Positions 1 through 10,011 of a stretch of DNA of 15,587 bases are shown here, piece after piece; position 1 is the stretch's first letter; every line of letters begins with the position of its first letter. The stretch lies in assembly GCA_004524535.1 (NCBI GenBank), contig SDNY01000086.1, forward strand, positions 1-15,587, written 5' to 3'. Position numbers and translations under genes: made by a program. Below the pieces are notes generated by a model. That model was not told where the DNA came from, did no database searches, and saw only the letters and a program-made list of their open reading frames with translations. Source of the stretch: Promethearchaeota archaeon. Lineage in GTDB: Archaea > Asgardarchaeota > Lokiarchaeia > Sigyniarchaeales > SOKP01.

Positions 1-38
1 AATCAAATTATTTAAATGCTCAACCATTACTTGTGTGT

Positions 39-1184
39 ATGATATTTACTAAATTCCAAGAGATTATAGGAACGAAGTATCCAATAATACAAGCGGGAAT
101 GGGCCCTTATAGTACTACTGACCTCTGCATTGCAGTAGCTAAAGAAGGGGGGCTGGGATTAATCTCAACAATCGGGATGGGAGCAGGATTAAGTCCAGCT
201 ACGCCTGAAGCTGCAGAAAGAGTCTTTGGGAAGGGGAGACCTCAAGATATTTTAAAAAGAACCATCCAATATGTATTTGATAATTTAAAGGATTACCCAG
301 ACGCTAAATTTGGTGTAAATATACCGGTTGCGACGGATTTTTCTTATGTAGCGAAGCGTTTGATGAGAGGGACCATAGAAATCTTAAAAGAAAAACCAGA
401 GATCCATGATAAATTTGCAGTTATTGTAACTTCAGCAGGGGATCCATTGCCTTGGTCAATAGATGCCGTGTCTAAAGGTGCTAAAAAGGCAAAAATTCCT
501 ATTAAAGAAGAATTACCTAAGATAGTTTGGAGTCATGTTTGTCCTAATGTAAGAGCAGCTAAACGTTGTGAAAAAGCAGGTGTTGATATCGTCATCGCAT
601 CGGGAAGAGAAGGTGGAGCTCATTGTGCATGGAGGGATGTTTCATCACTGGTATTACTTCCCGAAGTCGTTAATAATGTTACTACACCCGTCGTGGGTGC
701 AGGAGGATTTTCAGATGGAGCTTCTCTCGCGGCCGCATTAGCTTTAGGTGCGATTGGTATTCAGATGGGAACTCGCTTTATTGCAACCAAAGAAGCGGAT
801 TTTCAACAAATGTGGAAAGAAGCCATTGTTAAACGAGCTGAAACAGATACTCTAGTTGCACGAGGATTATTTGGACCTATGCGATTTCTTAGAAATAAGA
901 TGTCTTTAAAAGTAGTTGATGAGACGATTTCTGACGCATCCGATTTGTTTAGAGGAATCCCATGTCCATCGAACCAAAAGATAATGGATACTGAAATGGA
1001 AGGTCTTAGAAAGCTTTACGAAGAAAATGAAGAAGAGTCTATAATACTAGGCGGTGTGGTTACTGGACGCATTCATTCGATCCCAACAGTGAAAGAATTG
1101 CTTGAAAATATAATAGCTGAAGCTGAAGAAATTATCTCAAAATTACCATCAAACATTAGAAAAGAGAAATTAATAGAAATTTAA
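39..1184 (+). CDS. Nitronate monooxygenase / FabK-like (enoyl-ACP/CoA reductase) FMN-dependent oxidoreductase
   Basis: Family motifs YPIIQAGMG, FGVN, G.EGGAH, PVVGAGGF.DG..LAAALALGA.GIQMGTRF. The ORF track starts at GTG 33. ATG 39 is preferred because it lies about 25 nt after a TTTAAA box (11-16), compatible with a leaderless mRNA. Confidence 0.85.
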   Translation: MIFTKFQEIIGTKYPIIQAGMGPYSTTDLCIAVAKEGGLGLISTIGMGAGLSPATPEAAERVFGKGRPQDILKRTIQYVFDNLKDYPDAKFGVNIPVATDFSYVAKRLMRGTIEILKEKPEIHDKFAVIVTSAGDPLPWSIDAVSKGAKKAKIPIKEELPKIVWSHVCPNVRAAKRCEKAGVDIVIASGREGGAHCAWRDVSSLVLLPEVVNNVTTPVVGAGGFSDGASLAAALALGAIGIQMGTRFIATKEADFQQMWKEAIVKRAETDTLVARGLFGPMRFLRNKMSLKVVDETISDASDLFRGIPCPSNQKIMDTEMEGLRKLYEENEEESIILGGVVTGRIHSIPTVKELLENIIAEAEEIISKLPSNIRKEKLIEI

Positions 1185-1443
1185 AAAACAAGAACTTAAA
1201 TTTAATTCTTCTTCTTCTTCATTTTATTATATCTTCAATATCTTGGAATTAATTTCAATAAGATTATTTTTTCTCATTAATTCAGACGCACATATCATTT
1301 AACAGAATACTCAATTTTAAATAATTTTAATATATGATATTATTGATTAAGTAGGATAATTTATTTCACGTATAAAAATTCAAAATCCTTAGTGCATAAA
1401 ATTTAGAAATTTAAATTAAAATAAAATAATGCTTGTGAACTAA

Positions 1444-2214
1444 ATGGTGCTTGAAAAACAAAATGGACCTCAAAATGAAAAATTAGTAAAAATCGTGTGT
1501 CCTATTTGTAAAACTGAAAAAAAATTAACAATTTCAGGGTCAATTCTCAGTACATCAGGAAATTTAACTACAATATCAATTCAAAAAAATGAGATTTGCG
1601 AACATCATTTTCAAGTCTTTATTGATAGAGACTTTAAAGTTAGAGGGTATCAAAAAGTTGATTATGAAATAGACACAGTAAAAAAACTTCCTAAAGGCGA
1701 ATTTTTTATTAAATTAATACTTGTTGGGGATTATCAAGTGGGGAAATCTGCAATTATAAAAAGATTTATTGATAATACCTTTGATGAGGCATATTTACCA
1801 ACACTCCAACTGAAAATTTCAAAAAAAATATTAAAGTTTGGAGAATCAACCGCTAACCTTGTAATTTGGGATGTGGGCGGTCAAGCTATTAGTATGTCCT
1901 CCTATCGAGATCGTTTTTATGAAGGAGCACAATCAGCTATAATTGTAGTGGATAGAACTCGACCAGAAACATTAGAACATGTTGAAAGATGGTATAAAGA
2001 CACCAATAGAGCAATCCAACATAAAATTCCATATATGTTGGTTGGAAATAAATCAGATTTAAACAATGATGTTGTTGTGCAGAAACAAGATTTAGAGGAT
2101 AAGGCTAAAGAGTTCGGTTTAAATTATATAATCACATCAGCTAAGACAGGTGAAAATATTAATGATGCATTTTCAAATTTAACTTATAGATATCTCGAGG
2201 CCCAATTTTCTTAG
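1444..2214 (+). CDS. Rab/Ras-superfamily small GTPase with an N-terminal CxxC...CxHH (putative Zn-binding) domain
   Basis: G1 GDYQVGKS, G2 YLPT, G3 WDVGGQ, G4 NKSD, G5 SAK. N-terminal CPIC (aa 19-22) and CEHH (aa 52-55). No C-terminal prenylation Cys. GTGA lies 5 nt upstream of the ATG. Confidence 0.9.
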   Translation: MVLEKQNGPQNEKLVKIVCPICKTEKKLTISGSILSTSGNLTTISIQKNEICEHHFQVFIDRDFKVRGYQKVDYEIDTVKKLPKGEFFIKLILVGDYQVGKSAIIKRFIDNTFDEAYLPTLQLKISKKILKFGESTANLVIWDVGGQAISMSSYRDRFYEGAQSAIIVVDRTRPETLEHVERWYKDTNRAIQHKIPYMLVGNKSDLNNDVVVQKQDLEDKAKEFGLNYIITSAKTGENINDAFSNLTYRYLEAQFS

Positions 2215-2502
2215 AAAACTTAAAAATAGAACTCAAAAGTTAACTCTTTTTATCTTTTTTTAATATTTTTAATAATTTTAATAACTTAAAGAGATTAAAA
2301 AAAAAAGATATGATTACCGTTTTAAATTAGCGGAAGACCTTTTGGAGGACATTAAATCTTTTTCTAAAAAAATAAACTTAGATTAAATAGTAATTAATTA
2401 TGTGCTAAACACATAAAAAAAGTGAAAAAACATCATGACTAGATACATCAATTTTTTTTAGGTATTGACATTTTGATGTTGAAATTCCAACAACTTGAGA
2501 TC

Positions 2503-2515
2503 AAAAAAAAAAAAA
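2503..2515 (-). terminator. Oligo-T terminator candidate for cdhD
   Basis: A13 on + strand (T13 on -) about 40 nt downstream of the cdhD stop. Archaeal intrinsic terminators are U-rich. Confidence 0.45.
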
Positions 2516-2552
2516 GAATTATAATAAAATTTATAAAAAAATAAAATTTGAA

Positions 2553-3737
2553 TCAACGCTTCAAATTTGCGGAAGCCCAATCGTAATATCCTTTATCATC
2601 CATAACTTTTGGTATCTCTGCAAAAAATTGTGCTGTGATATCCTTCACGTGCTTTGCCGCTATTGGATGGAACATCATTGCAAGATCTAATCCTACCAAA
2701 GATAAGCATAATGCATTAATGACTTCCCATATTGGGCCTCGATACTGTCTTAATCCCCATTCAGGAGCTTGCTTTTCGCTCATCCATGCCTCACGAGCAC
2801 CCCACGCGTTTGTAGTACCTCCACTGATTGGATAAGCTAAATCTTTTTCGCCTAAAAGTCCAGCAATGCGCATTCTTTGGTAAATACTAAAGGAATACTC
2901 CATACCATAGCCTAATGTAGCACAGGTAGGGTCCATTACTATGCGATTTGGCGGAAGTCCTAACTCTATAGCGTCTTTATTCATTTTAATTTGATTATTA
3001 AGGTCTAAACTCGTCCACAGGAGACAATTATGATCGTATTTAACAGCTAATGGGATTTAATGGCAAATTGGGAAATCCAATTCGCATACATCTTCCCATG
3101 TAGCTTTATCTGCAGCAGAGAGCATTAAAACTTCGCTTTCAGTGGCTGCAGCGGTAGCTTTAAACATTTCGACATCTTTTTCTTTATTTCCAGAGCATCC
3201 AATTATTACAGGAACATCAACTGCTTGAAGAATTTCTTCTAAATACCTTACAGACTGACTAACTGGTGCGTCTCCCATAGCAGGGTCGATTTCTAATGAA
3301 TGAAATGTGATCGACTCAGCTCCAAACTTATTTACAGCAAATTTTGCCCATTCAGCAGGATGTCCTAAGACATCTCCATATTCTTGTTTGATTGGCTTTG
3401 GAAGCATCATTTTTGACCCCATATCAAACACATCGTAGGTTACCAGAGGAGGATGGGGATTTCTTTTATCAAGTCCTAAAAAGTTGTAAAATGGAGGTAC
3501 TTTTTCACCGCCAATTGTACAAGTTTTTCCGTTTGATCGAATGAATTGGATTGTTTCGATTTCTCCAGGAAAATTTATATCAAGCGAAAATTTTGTAGGC
3601 GTCCATTCAGCTTTTCCGAGCTTTGGAATTCCAACAGCCCCGGCTGCTGTTGATACGATGCTAGGTAATACTTGAAATTCTAAATAATCGGCTACTAGAT
3701 CTACGTCCACAAGTTCAAGTTCTTCGGTATCTTTCAT
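2553..3737 (-). CDS. cdhD: Acetyl-CoA decarbonylase/synthase (CODH/ACS) delta subunit (corrinoid Fe-S protein small subunit); intron-containing, join(3087..3737, 2553..3056), 384 aa spliced
   Basis: ORFs 3057-3737 and 2553-2984 are in the same frame and are the N- and C-terminal parts of CdhD (IGGEK.PPFY, DVFD, PAEWAK, VDVPVIIGCSGN.EKD; RIVMDPT..LGYGMEYS, TNAWGAREAW, GPIWE, MMFHP). Removing 3057-3086 gives a continuous ...SAADKATWEDV|IPLAVKYDHNCLLWTSLDLNNQIKMNK. The true start may be ATT at 3776. Confidence 0.9.
3057..3086 (-). other. 30-nt BHB-type intron in cdhD mRNA
   Basis: Minus-strand RNA: UGGGAA GAUG UA|U GCGAAUUGG AUUUC CCAAUUUGC CAUU AA|A UCCCA. Central helix GAUG/CAUU, bulges UAU and AAA, 9-bp intron stem, exon helices AUGGGA/UCCCAU and AGCUA/UAGCU. 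The intron ends in an in-frame UAA. Confidence 0.85.
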
Positions 3738-3971
3738 TAATTCTGCTAATTTCTTACTAAGATCTTCGAAAGAAATTTTACATCACGTTATATTTCGTTT
3801 TTTAATATTTAAATTGGTAAAACTATAAATTTAATTATTGAAATTAATAATGATTTAAATACATAGCGCGACGAAATTAGTCATTTAAGTTCAAAAATAT
3901 TAAAGAATTAAAGAGAAAATTTTATCAATCTGATCGCTATTCGAAGAAATCCTTCATTATTATATTTTCAC

Positions 3972-5858
3972 CTAAAACAAATAGTTCCCTTTTATAATTC
4001 CTTCATAGATTTCTTTTGTCAAAGGAATATATTCTGAACTTTCTGGTAAAAGAACAAATACAGGATCATCTATTTCATTAATATTATAACCCTCTTTTTT
4101 TAGCTTTACTTTTTGAATCTTATGAGTGGCGGTAAAGCTAAATTCCGTTATAAAACGGATAAATTTGGGTACAGCGTAATGTGGTAAATATTTTTGTAGA
4201 AAATTTAAGAGACCTTTGAAATCGAATTCTTCACTATACCTTCTATGTATTGATACCATCCCTGCCCGACCCTCTGTATGTGGGATTAGAACTCCATACA
4301 CGGAGCACATATCGATTTGCTCGAATGTATTAATTACTGATTCCACTTCCTCAGACGAGACATTTTCACCCTTCCATCTGAAGGTATCACCTAAACGATC
4401 GACAAATTGAACATGCCCAAATCCAATATCTCTTAAGAGATCCCCGGTATTGATAAACATATCATCTTTTCTAAAGACCTCACGAAATACTTTTTTCTCT
4501 GTTGCTTTTTTGTCTATATACATGAAAAAATTTTCGGGTTCTTTTATTTGACCTAAACATAATCCAACTTCACCTGGCCTTACTCTTTTCATTCGACCTC
4601 TCTCATTTCTGATCGGTTCATCTTTTTCTATATCATATTTTACAATCGCATAAGGTGTTAAGCATACTCCACAAGTCTTATCAAGATTATGAATATTGGC
4701 AAAATTTGGCACAAAATCCTCTGTTGCACCATAAAACTCTCTTATTTCTTGGATATTAAATCTTTTTTTGAAATCCATCCAAATATCTGGTCTAAGTCCA
4801 TTCCCAACTATTTTTACAATGGGATTATCCGCATCGTCTGGCTTTGGAGGGTGATTATACAAATATCTACATATTTCCCCTACATAATTAAAGCATGTGG
4901 CGTTTAATTTTCTAACTTCATCCCAAAAGTTACTTGCACTGAATTTTCTGCTAATCGCCATTGCCGATCCTTCATAAAGGGTTGCAGCAAAAGCTACTTT
5001 AATACCATGACTATGAAATAATGGAGTCGTAATATATAATATATCATCATTTTTCATTCCAACCACCATTCCTCCCCACCACATCATCGCAGTCAATATT
5101 GAACTATTTTGCAGAATTGCAGCCTTTGGAAGTCCCGTAGTACCTGATGTGAAAATGTAGACAAAGGGATCTTTCATCAAAATCTCTGTCGTGGTCGGAG
5201 GATTATTAACGTCTGAATCCTTAATCTTTTCTTTAAGATTAATATATCCTTCAGGGATTTTCATTATACCTTTATCCGGCAAAAAAAAGAGCATTTCTTT
5301 TTGCTCATCTGTTAATTTTAATTTGGATTTAACATTTTCAAATGCGTTAATTAATTCTTCTCCAATTATGTATACTTTACCGGGAGTATGCGTCATACTA
5401 TGAATAAGTGGTTTTTCACGAAGGTTTGAGTTTATCAAGGAAGATATCACTCCTAATTTACCCATTGCAACAACAATAAACATATATTCCGATCGATTTT
5501 CCATGAAAACAACAGCTACATCCCCTCTATTTAGACCTAATTTAAGAAAATAATTCGCATATCTGTTAACCATCTCATTGAACTCTTTATGCGTATATTT
5601 TTCATCTTCATAAAGTAGGGCCAAATTATCAGGATATTTCATGGCGTGTTCTTCAATTCGAAGTCCTATAGAGTACTTTGTATCGAGTGTATGTTCGCCC
5701 ATCCATAATGCCTCTTTTAATATCATAGGAGTTTTCACCTCCCAAGATGGTTTGATTATGTTATTATATTCTTCTTTGGATATAATATATGGCTTGTTTT
5801 CCTCCCCGTTTTGAGCTTTTTTTCTGGATGATGATATTTCTGATTTTTGATCATTCAT
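3972..5858 (-). CDS. Long-chain acyl-CoA synthetase, FATP/very-long-chain ACS type
   Basis: AMP-binding YIFTSGTTGLPKAA, YITTPLFHS, FSASNFW, YVGEICRYL, GNGLRPDIW..F..RF, EFYGATE, and the FATP signature DRLGDTFRWKGENVS..EVE, EGRAGM. Confidence 0.9.
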   Translation of the reverse strand: MNDQKSEISSSRKKAQNGEENKPYIISKEEYNNIIKPSWEVKTPMILKEALWMGEHTLDTKYSIGLRIEEHAMKYPDNLALLYEDEKYTHKEFNEMVNRYANYFLKLGLNRGDVAVVFMENRSEYMFIVVAMGKLGVISSLINSNLREKPLIHSMTHTPGKVYIIGEELINAFENVKSKLKLTDEQKEMLFFLPDKGIMKIPEGYINLKEKIKDSDVNNPPTTTEILMKDPFVYIFTSGTTGLPKAAILQNSSILTAMMWWGGMVVGMKNDDILYITTPLFHSHGIKVAFAATLYEGSAMAISRKFSASNFWDEVRKLNATCFNYVGEICRYLYNHPPKPDDADNPIVKIVGNGLRPDIWMDFKKRFNIQEIREFYGATEDFVPNFANIHNLDKTCGVCLTPYAIVKYDIEKDEPIRNERGRMKRVRPGEVGLCLGQIKEPENFFMYIDKKATEKKVFREVFRKDDMFINTGDLLRDIGFGHVQFVDRLGDTFRWKGENVSSEEVESVINTFEQIDMCSVYGVLIPHTEGRAGMVSIHRRYSEEFDFKGLLNFLQKYLPHYAVPKFIRFITEFSFTATHKIQKVKLKKEGYNINEIDDPVFVLLPESSEYIPLTKEIYEGIIKGNYLF

Positions 5859-5981
5859 TTTGCATCGTTTTTAAAAATTTAAGAGTCTGTTTAAAATTAA
5901 TTTAACATCTCTATTATATAATTACTTTACCCAAATTTTTAATTTTTAGACACTAATAGACATTAAATTAATTGAAAGAAT

Positions 5982-6473
5982 TTAAAGAATTCTTTTCCTA
6001 GCAAAATTAACTAGTCCATTAGATTGAATTATTTCTTGTATAAAAGGGGGCATCCTCATAATTTTGTATTTCTGTTTTGTCGAGCAATTATTAAGAATCC
6101 CTTCTGTAAATTCTATTTCTATCTCATCACTGGTATGAAGTTCATCAAAATCTTTAAATTCTATAATTGGCAATCCGATATTAATACAATTTCTAAAAAA
6201 AATTCTCGCAAAGGAGGGTGCTATTATACATTTAATTCCAGAAGCTTTAAGTGCGATCGGGGCTTGTTCTCTACTTGAACCACAGCCAAAATTCATCCCC
6301 CCAACCATAATTGTAGCCCCCATTTCTTTTAGTTTTTCATTAAAGTCAGGATCTAAATCTTCCATACAATGCTCGGCTAAGTAATCAGGATCGGATGTAA
6401 TTAAATATCTTGCTGGAATTATCAAATCAGTGTTAATATTCTTTTCATCATATTTTATTACGTTTCCTTTCAA
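5982..6473 (-). CDS. leuD: 3-isopropylmalate dehydratase small subunit (LeuD/HacB family)
   Basis: NINTDLIIPARYL, NFGCGSSREQA, SFARIFFRNCINIGLP. Specificity loop YLIT (not the homoaconitase-type YLRT) favours LeuD. TTG start preceded by GGTGG. Confidence 0.88.
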   Translation of the reverse strand: MKGNVIKYDEKNINTDLIIPARYLITSDPDYLAEHCMEDLDPDFNEKLKEMGATIMVGGMNFGCGSSREQAPIALKASGIKCIIAPSFARIFFRNCINIGLPIIEFKDFDELHTSDEIEIEFTEGILNNCSTKQKYKIMRMPPFIQEIIQSNGLVNFARKRIL

Positions 6474-6494
6474 TTTTTTCCACCATTGATTTTA

Positions 6495-7766
6495 TTATAG
6501 ATAATTAGGGGCTGTGATATAACCTTTAATTGCGGAAGCGGCTGCAACTGCAGGACTCGATAGGTAAACTTCGCTTTCTATATGACCCATTCTTCCAACA
6601 AAATTTCGATTAGTAGTCGATACCGCTCGCTCTCCCGCAGCAAGTACACCCATAAATCCGCCTAAGCAAGGTCCGCAAGTAGGAGTTGACACGATAGCTC
6701 CCGCATTAAGAAATATTTCTATCAAACCTTCTTTTAAAGCTTCAAGATAAATTTGTTGTGTGCCAGGAATAACGATGCATCTTACATTTGAATGTATTGT
6801 TTGAGTTTTTAATATTTTTGCGGCTATTCTTAAGTCTTCTAAGCGTCCATTGGTACAAGAACCGATAACAGCTTGCTCAATTTCGACTTTCATTCCGTCT
6901 ACTTCAGATATTGGCTTAGAATTCTCCGGTAAATGAGGAAATGCCACTTGAGGCTCAATATTATTACAATCGAACTCGATTACATTAAAGTATTCAGCAT
7001 CCTTATCGCTATCATACATTTTATATTTTTTATTTCCTACTTTTTTTAAATAAATTTCAGTAATTTTATCAGGAATAATTATTCCATTCTTTCCGCCGGC
7101 TTCTATTGCCATATTACACATCGTAAATCGATTTGGCATTGATAACTTTTTAATTACATCTCCTGTAAATTCCATGGCTTTATAAGTCGCACCGTCTACT
7201 CCTATTTGACCAATTGTATATAGGATTAAATCTTTTCCTGAAACCCAATCTTTTAATTTACCATTGTAGACAAATTTAATCGATTCAGGGATTTTAAACC
7301 AACATTGTCCTAAAGCCATTGCTACGCCTAAATCTGTTGATCCTACACCAGTAGAAAAAGCTCCAAGGGCACCATAAGTACATGTATGAGAGTCAGCACC
7401 AATAAAAACTTCTCCAGGAGAGACTAATCCTTGCTCTGGAATAAGACAATGTTCAATTCCAACCCGACCAATTTCGAAATAGTTGATTATTTGATTTTTA
7501 TGAGCAAATTCTCTGAGTATTTTACATTGTTCAGCAGAGGCTACATCTTTATTAGGAGTGAAATGATCTGGAGTTAAAATAACTTTATTTTTATCAAATA
7601 CACTTTTTCCAGTTCCTTCAACTATTTTCTCAAATACTTGTATAGCAATTGGAGCGGTAATGTCATTTGCAAGACATTTATCAATATTGGCTAAAATAAA
7701 ATCTCCTGCTGAGACGTTATTATTGCAATGCTCTCTTAAAATTTTTTCTGTTATTGTAAATCCCAT
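6495..7766 (-). CDS. leuC: 3-isopropylmalate dehydratase large subunit (LeuC/HacA family)
   Basis: [67 protein letters not shown]. The three 4Fe-4S cysteines are present. Adjacent to leuD. Confidence 0.9.
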   Translation of the reverse strand: MGFTITEKILREHCNNNVSAGDFILANIDKCLANDITAPIAIQVFEKIVEGTGKSVFDKNKVILTPDHFTPNKDVASAEQCKILREFAHKNQIINYFEIGRVGIEHCLIPEQGLVSPGEVFIGADSHTCTYGALGAFSTGVGSTDLGVAMALGQCWFKIPESIKFVYNGKLKDWVSGKDLILYTIGQIGVDGATYKAMEFTGDVIKKLSMPNRFTMCNMAIEAGGKNGIIIPDKITEIYLKKVGNKKYKMYDSDKDAEYFNVIEFDCNNIEPQVAFPHLPENSKPISEVDGMKVEIEQAVIGSCTNGRLEDLRIAAKILKTQTIHSNVRCIVIPGTQQIYLEALKEGLIEIFLNAGAIVSTPTCGPCLGGFMGVLAAGERAVSTTNRNFVGRMGHIESEVYLSSPAVAAASAIKGYITAPNYL

Positions 7767-7907
7767 ATCATTGTAGCCTATTTAATATTTGTCAAGATAC
7801 TCAATTATTTAAATTTGAAAATAAATCATATTATAAATTTTTACTTCTTTCTAATATTATCTTTAAAAAATTAATCGAAGAATTCTTAAAAAATTAAAGT
7901 TAAAAAA

Positions 7908-9047
7908 ATGCCATCTATAGCTCATTTAGTATTAGGTGGAGTAATTGCATTATGTTTTTATTATATAAGTGATGGAAAATTTACAAAAACCCATGCGTTC
8001 ATATTTTTTTTATGTAATTATTTAGGACCAGATGTAGGTTGGGTATTTGGTATAGGCCGCATTACACATTCTCTATTATTTTGGCCTCTATTTGCATTAA
8101 TTTTAGCGTATTTTTATCATTATTTTACTAGATTTACAATTAAGATTGATGGGATAAAAAATATAGAATTAACAGATTTAGAAGGGTATAAATTACATTA
8201 TTTAAATACTTACTTACTAGTATTGGGAGCAGGTATTTTACACCTAAACTTAGATGGACTAATGAATAGATGGGGTAGTTTTCGAATAATCCCTCAACTT
8301 CCTTTCAATGATGAGGAAGTATTTTTTACTTTAAGGCAACTAATTGCATTTGGAGAAGAAGGAGTCCTTCAAATTAATATTCTTATAGCAATATGTATTG
8401 GAATAACTTTAATTTTTGGATTTATTTTCATTTTTATTTGGTTTCTAAAGAAAAATACAAAAACAAATGCAATAATAATTTGTATTTACATCTTGGCATT
8501 TGTAATTTTCTTTTATTTAGCTGGCTCTATAATTACAATGTTCCATCCTGATGGGGGAGCCATTATATACATTAGTATTTATTGGGCAATACCATTAATT
8601 TTATGTGTTCTTTCTATAAGAGAGTTTAAATTTATAAAAAGAAATGAAAATGGATTAATAAATCTCAAAAGAAAAAATATTGATAAAAGTCTTAGAAAAT
8701 TGTTTTTTGTAATTAGTTGGTTGTTTATAACAGGGATATCATTCATGATTGCATCAATCTATGGTTTTATTTTTAATGATGTCATATTAAAACGTATTTT
8801 TTCTAATTATGGGGATGAAATATCACCATACTTTAGTTATAATGAATTGTATACATTGGTTATAGTAATAGAAGTTATAGTTTTAGTTATAGCTTTGTTA
8901 AATTTATTATGCGGGATTGGACTATTATTTAAAAATAAAAATATATGGAATTTCACTGTATACTATCATCTTGTTTTTTCTTGGACGTTAATTGGTTTAA
9001 TCATAGCATGTGTACTGAATGAAAAATCCGTGAAAAATAAATTTTAA
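7908..9047 (+). CDS. Polytopic membrane protein, putative metal-dependent hydrolase (YdjM/DUF457-like N-terminal part)
   Basis: Many hydrophobic segments. Motif series AH..., GPD, R.THSL, H..LD is typical of YdjM-like membrane hydrolases. The C-terminal TM extension is unassigned. Confidence 0.6.
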   Translation: MPSIAHLVLGGVIALCFYYISDGKFTKTHAFIFFLCNYLGPDVGWVFGIGRITHSLLFWPLFALILAYFYHYFTRFTIKIDGIKNIELTDLEGYKLHYLNTYLLVLGAGILHLNLDGLMNRWGSFRIIPQLPFNDEEVFFTLRQLIAFGEEGVLQINILIAICIGITLIFGFIFIFIWFLKKNTKTNAIIICIYILAFVIFFYLAGSIITMFHPDGGAIIYISIYWAIPLILCVLSIREFKFIKRNENGLINLKRKNIDKSLRKLFFVISWLFITGISFMIASIYGFIFNDVILKRIFSNYGDEISPYFSYNELYTLVIVIEVIVLVIALLNLLCGIGLLFKNKNIWNFTVYYHLVFSWTLIGLIIACVLNEKSVKNKF

Positions 9048-9126
9048 AATTAAATTATATTTCGAAATTTTTTTCAGTTATCTGCTATTATTCCTATTAT
9101 TAATGATTTTTTAGGCTGATTATTTC

Positions 9127-10011
9127 ATGGACAATCTAATATTAGAAAAGTTAGAGTTTGAAAAATTCCATGGTTTAGGTAATGATTACATAATAATTAA
9201 CGATATTCAGTGGAAAATTCCTGATGAAAAAAAGTCAGAGTTAGCAAAAAAATTATGTGAAACGCATTTCTCAATAGGAGCAGATGGTTTAATTTTCGTG
9301 GTCAATTCAGATAAAGCAGATATTGGAATGCGCATTTTTAATCCCGATGGTTCGGAATCGGAGATGTGTGGTAATGGGATTAGATGCTTTTCGAAATATA
9401 TATACGAAAATAATATAATTAATAAAAACGAAATAGACATCGAAACTCTAAAGGGTATAATAGTTGCGAGACTTAGAATTATTGATAGTAAAGTTAACAG
9501 CGTAACAATTGACATGGGAGCACCTATATTAGATTGTAAAAATATACCGGTAATTTCACCAGAAAATGAGAATACTTGTTTAAGCGAGCCGCTTGAGATT
9601 TTAGATAGAAAATTTATTTTTTCAGCCGTTTCAATGGGAAATCCACACGCTGTTATTTTTATTGACGAGGAATTAAATGATGACGACTTGGAAAAATATG
9701 GTGGTGCCATTGAACCACATGAGCGGTTTCCAAATAAAGTAAATGTAGAATTTGTTAAAGTTTTATCTGATACAGAAGGTATTTTAAGAGTTTATGAAAG
9801 GGGGGTAGGTATAACTAAATCTTGTGGTACAGGAACATGCGCATCGGTGGTTGCTGGAACAAAACTAGGAAAATTTAGAGAAAATACGCCCATTACTATA
9901 CATAATGATGGGGGAGATTTGATAATATCTTATATAGTAGGTAAAACTGTTTTTATGGAAGGTCCGGTTGAGAGAGTTTTTAAAGGAGTAATTGAAAATT
10001 TAAAAGTTTAA
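9127..10011 (+). CDS. dapF: Diaminopimelate epimerase
   Basis: KFHGLGNDY, IGADG, IFNPDGSESEMCGNGIRC, SMGNPHAV, NVEF, YERGVG.T.SCGTG. Both catalytic Cys are present. Confidence 0.95.
   Translation: MDNLILEKLEFEKFHGLGNDYIIINDIQWKIPDEKKSELAKKLCETHFSIGADGLIFVVNSDKADIGMRIFNPDGSESEMCGNGIRCFSKYIYENNIINKNEIDIETLKGIIVARLRIIDSKVNSVTIDMGAPILDCKNIPVISPENENTCLSEPLEILDRKFIFSAVSMGNPHAVIFIDEELNDDDLEKYGGAIEPHERFPNKVNVEFVKVLSDTEGILRVYERGVGITKSCGTGTCASVVAGTKLGKFRENTPITIHNDGGDLIISYIVGKTVFMEGPVERVFKGVIENLKV

Noticed and set aside
173-210. BHB-like fold in the NMO gene (CGGG/CCTG helix around a weak hairpin)
   Set aside because: The stem is mismatched, and excision would remove 31 nt and frameshift an intact ORF.
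1206-1220. (TTC)n tandem run after the NMO gene
   Set aside because: Short pyrimidine tract consistent with a terminator region. It is not a CRISPR or coding repeat.
2251-2310. Imperfect inverted repeat TATCTTTTTTTAAT...ATTAAAAAAAAAAGATA after the GTPase
   Set aside because: Made of homopolymer runs of unequal length in very AT-rich DNA. At most a terminator region; no evidence for a MITE.
2398-2500. Short hairpins (TTATGTG/CACATAA, AACATCA/TGATGTT) in the GTPase-cdhD spacer
   Set aside because: No recognisable RNA family motif or ORF, and 7-bp stems are expected by chance at this composition.
2553-3737. cdhD and argG as pseudogenes or split genes
   Set aside because: Each has a single precise 30-nt insert with matching BHB geometry and no other visible decay.
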